This document shows, piece by piece, positions 61,801-64,000 of a stretch of DNA of 64,000 bases. The translations under genes and the position numbers were made by a program. Numbering within the stretch: the stretch's first letter is position 1; every line of letters starts with the position of its first letter. The stretch covers positions 8,183,681-8,247,680 of the forward strand of contig JBNZDD010013714.1 in the NCBI GenBank assembly GCA_050575255.1, given 5' to 3'. This DNA comes from Harriotta raleighana (taxonomy: Eukaryota). The notes below the pieces were generated by a model, which had not been told where the DNA came from, made no database searches, and worked only from the letters and a program-made list of their open reading frames with translations.

Positions 61801-62448
61801 TATCTCTTTTTTAAAAAAAAACACCACAAGCATATTTGCAGCAAGGAATTTAGGTTAGTTACCCCCCATGAAATGCCCCTATAATTCCCTTATTAAAAGG
61901 AACAAACACTGGAACACTGCATTCCCAGGAATCAGGGTGAAGAAAGTGTCGAAAAGGGAACATATGTTCAAAAAGGGTTCTAACAGTCCCACACACCCAA
62001 AGGTCTCAGATGATTGGGTCGCCTGGCTTTATAAACAAGCAAACTTTGAGGCAGCTGTAGTGAGTGACATTGCTGCTGCCTTCTTCCTAGGCTCAGAATA
62101 GCACCCTCTGCTGCATGATTTGACGCTTCCATTCATCACACTCCCAATCCTGGAAATGTTTGGGAACTTTTCCTGTAGCTAATTTGCAGCAATTCCCTCC
62201 CCACCACCTCCCACCCCAGCCACCACCCGACCCATAACAAAATCCTACTTTAAATCACACTTTTTAAAGAAAACAATTATCAAATCACAGAACTAGACAA
62301 GGCCATTCCACAATCTAGAGGAATGCTGAACAATTTCCGGAATTGAGTTACAGGCAAATTTCAGCATTGCTAAGGGTTACTAACTTAGGCGTAAAATCAT
62401 CACAGTTATATTTTTAAATTCATCCCTCCATTTGTGGGTGCTGTGTCT

Positions 62449-62520
62449 ACAACAACAACAACAACTTCAATTTATATAGCGCCCTCCACGCTGGATGGCG
62501 TCTCAGAGCGCTTCACAATA
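62449..62520 (-). mobile_element. L2/SINE 3' tail
   Basis: (ACA)n CTTCAATTTATATAGCGCCCTCCACG...CGTCTCAGAGCGCTTCACA. Confidence 0.65.
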
Positions 62521-64000
62521 GAGGATCCCAGTCTATTGAAGCAGTCAGAAGCCATTTCCCTATATTGTCTTTGGCTTGTAACAGTTAAGTTGCTGTATTA
62601 TGTAGTGACTGTGTATTTTGCAGTCAAATGTTATCAGAGTTAATCACGTTACCTGAATGTTTGTGGAAAAGCTGCCTAGTCAGGCACTGGAATATCTACT
62701 ATGATCATATAGATACTGTAGTAGAAAATTTCTGGTAACTAAAGGCGACAGGGATAATGGGTGATTTGCATTTAATATAAATGTTTTTAAGGACTCCGTA
62801 ACTCTCGAGATGGATCCCTATATGATATTAAGTCATTGTTCTTTCAATTACTTATAGCTTCTGGTGTTACCAATTTTCACTATCATTATATTTCCACTTG
62901 ATGTCGAAAATTGTCAAAATTGCTGAGGAACTCAAACAAGTAAACTACTTGTCATTTTCCATTATGTTGCAGTTTAGTTTTTGGAAATATTGAATGCAAA
63001 CGAAAACAAGTGTACAATAACGGGAAAGCTTTTAAGGGGCAAAGAAAACACTTAATATCGCTTCCAATAGAATGACAATTTAACAACTGTTCTATTACTT
63101 TCGTGTTTTGCTCTAAGCAACACGCGGTACAGGTTCCCAGTGCAGTTTCACATTAAGCTTGAATAATACACTGAATCAGGCATGCTGCTGATACAGCTGT
63201 TTCCTTTTTTGTATTATTCATTTAAATGAAATATGCCATCTGCTGCTAAGAAATGATGATGGGAGAGACTAAAGAATTTTTGCAAAAAATAAGCAAACAT
63301 GTGAATTGTCAGCATTCTGTCGACTTCCGTTGTGAAATAGAAAAGATGCACTATTGACAACTTTGTGTTTGTGTTGTGTTAGCAAAATCAGTGGAGAAAC
63401 TTTTGGCATCTGTTGTAATGATGGTGATAATTTGTATGCATTGTAGATGTAGGAGAGGAAGTGGGAAGGTCTGCAGGAATTCAGCAGGCTTCTTTACTGA
63501 GAGATCGAATGCCTGGATCAACCATCAGGGATTGCCCTTACTGTGGGAAATCTTTCAGAACATCCCATCATCTGAAAGTCCACCTGCGAATACATACAGG
63601 TTAGTGCGATTTTCAAAATCCCCTGACAAATGAATCTTAAATGACATTTGTTTATTCCTCAAATTGATTACAAAAGTGTGAATATTCACCATTTTCACTA
63701 GATGTCAGCCATGTTTATTGCTAGGCAGGTGTGATTAATAACAGTTAACATTAATGGCATTTTAAACATACTTGTATGTTTACTTTCATGTATGATGATG
63801 GGCAGCCAACCTCACAAATAGCTGGAAAATTAGTGGCAATGCTCAGATTTTAGGGACAAATATTCCCAATAAATTTAATATGTGAAGCAGATACTGACTG
63901 CAGATTAAATTCCAGCAGTGATTTTGTCACACGTTTATTCACTGAAACAAAGTAGTCATCAGAATGCAGCAGAAGGAGATGTCATTTAAATCAAGCAAAT

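Noticed and set aside
55620-63715. CTCF-like words (CCCCTAGAGGGGCA near 55620; CACTAGATGTCAG near 63697)
   Set aside because: Partial matches only, at a frequency expected by chance in 64 kb.
22253-64000. Next ZNF536 coding exon (further C2H2 fingers)
   Set aside because: No CxxC...HxxxH coding segment was found by eye or in the ORF track. It probably lies beyond the window, though a short exon could have been missed.
1-64000. CRISPR arrays, operons or prokaryotic defence systems
   Set aside because: No regularly spaced direct repeats or dense coding; the sequence is vertebrate intron/exon DNA.

Overview
AT-rich vertebrate genomic DNA, most likely from a cartilaginous fish (inferred from the protein divergence and the Deu-type SINE/L2/CR1 repeat content). 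It contains one recognisable coding exon: the large first coding exon of ZNF536 (+ strand, 20043-22223, ATG at 20045, seven C2H2 fingers). The rest is apparently intron: about 20 kb upstream and more than 41 kb downstream, with no further ZNF536 coding exon seen. The introns hold many decayed SINE, L2 and CR1 fragments, two TA-flanked pogo/Tigger-like MITEs in and beside a CR1 copy, a probable Harbinger Myb/SANT fossil, and several repeat-free, motif-rich blocks that look like enhancers. Three near-perfect tandem duplications joined by a single N are assembly artefacts. There are no prokaryotic systems, CRISPR arrays or true tRNA/rRNA genes. The most interesting lead is that the ZNF536 exon is 2181 nt (727 x 3), starts 2 nt before the ATG, has no in-frame stop and is flanked by oppositely oriented SINE/L2 copies, so back-splicing would give a circRNA with an endless zinc-finger ORF. 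That is a hypothesis from sequence only; I cannot show a new biological system here.
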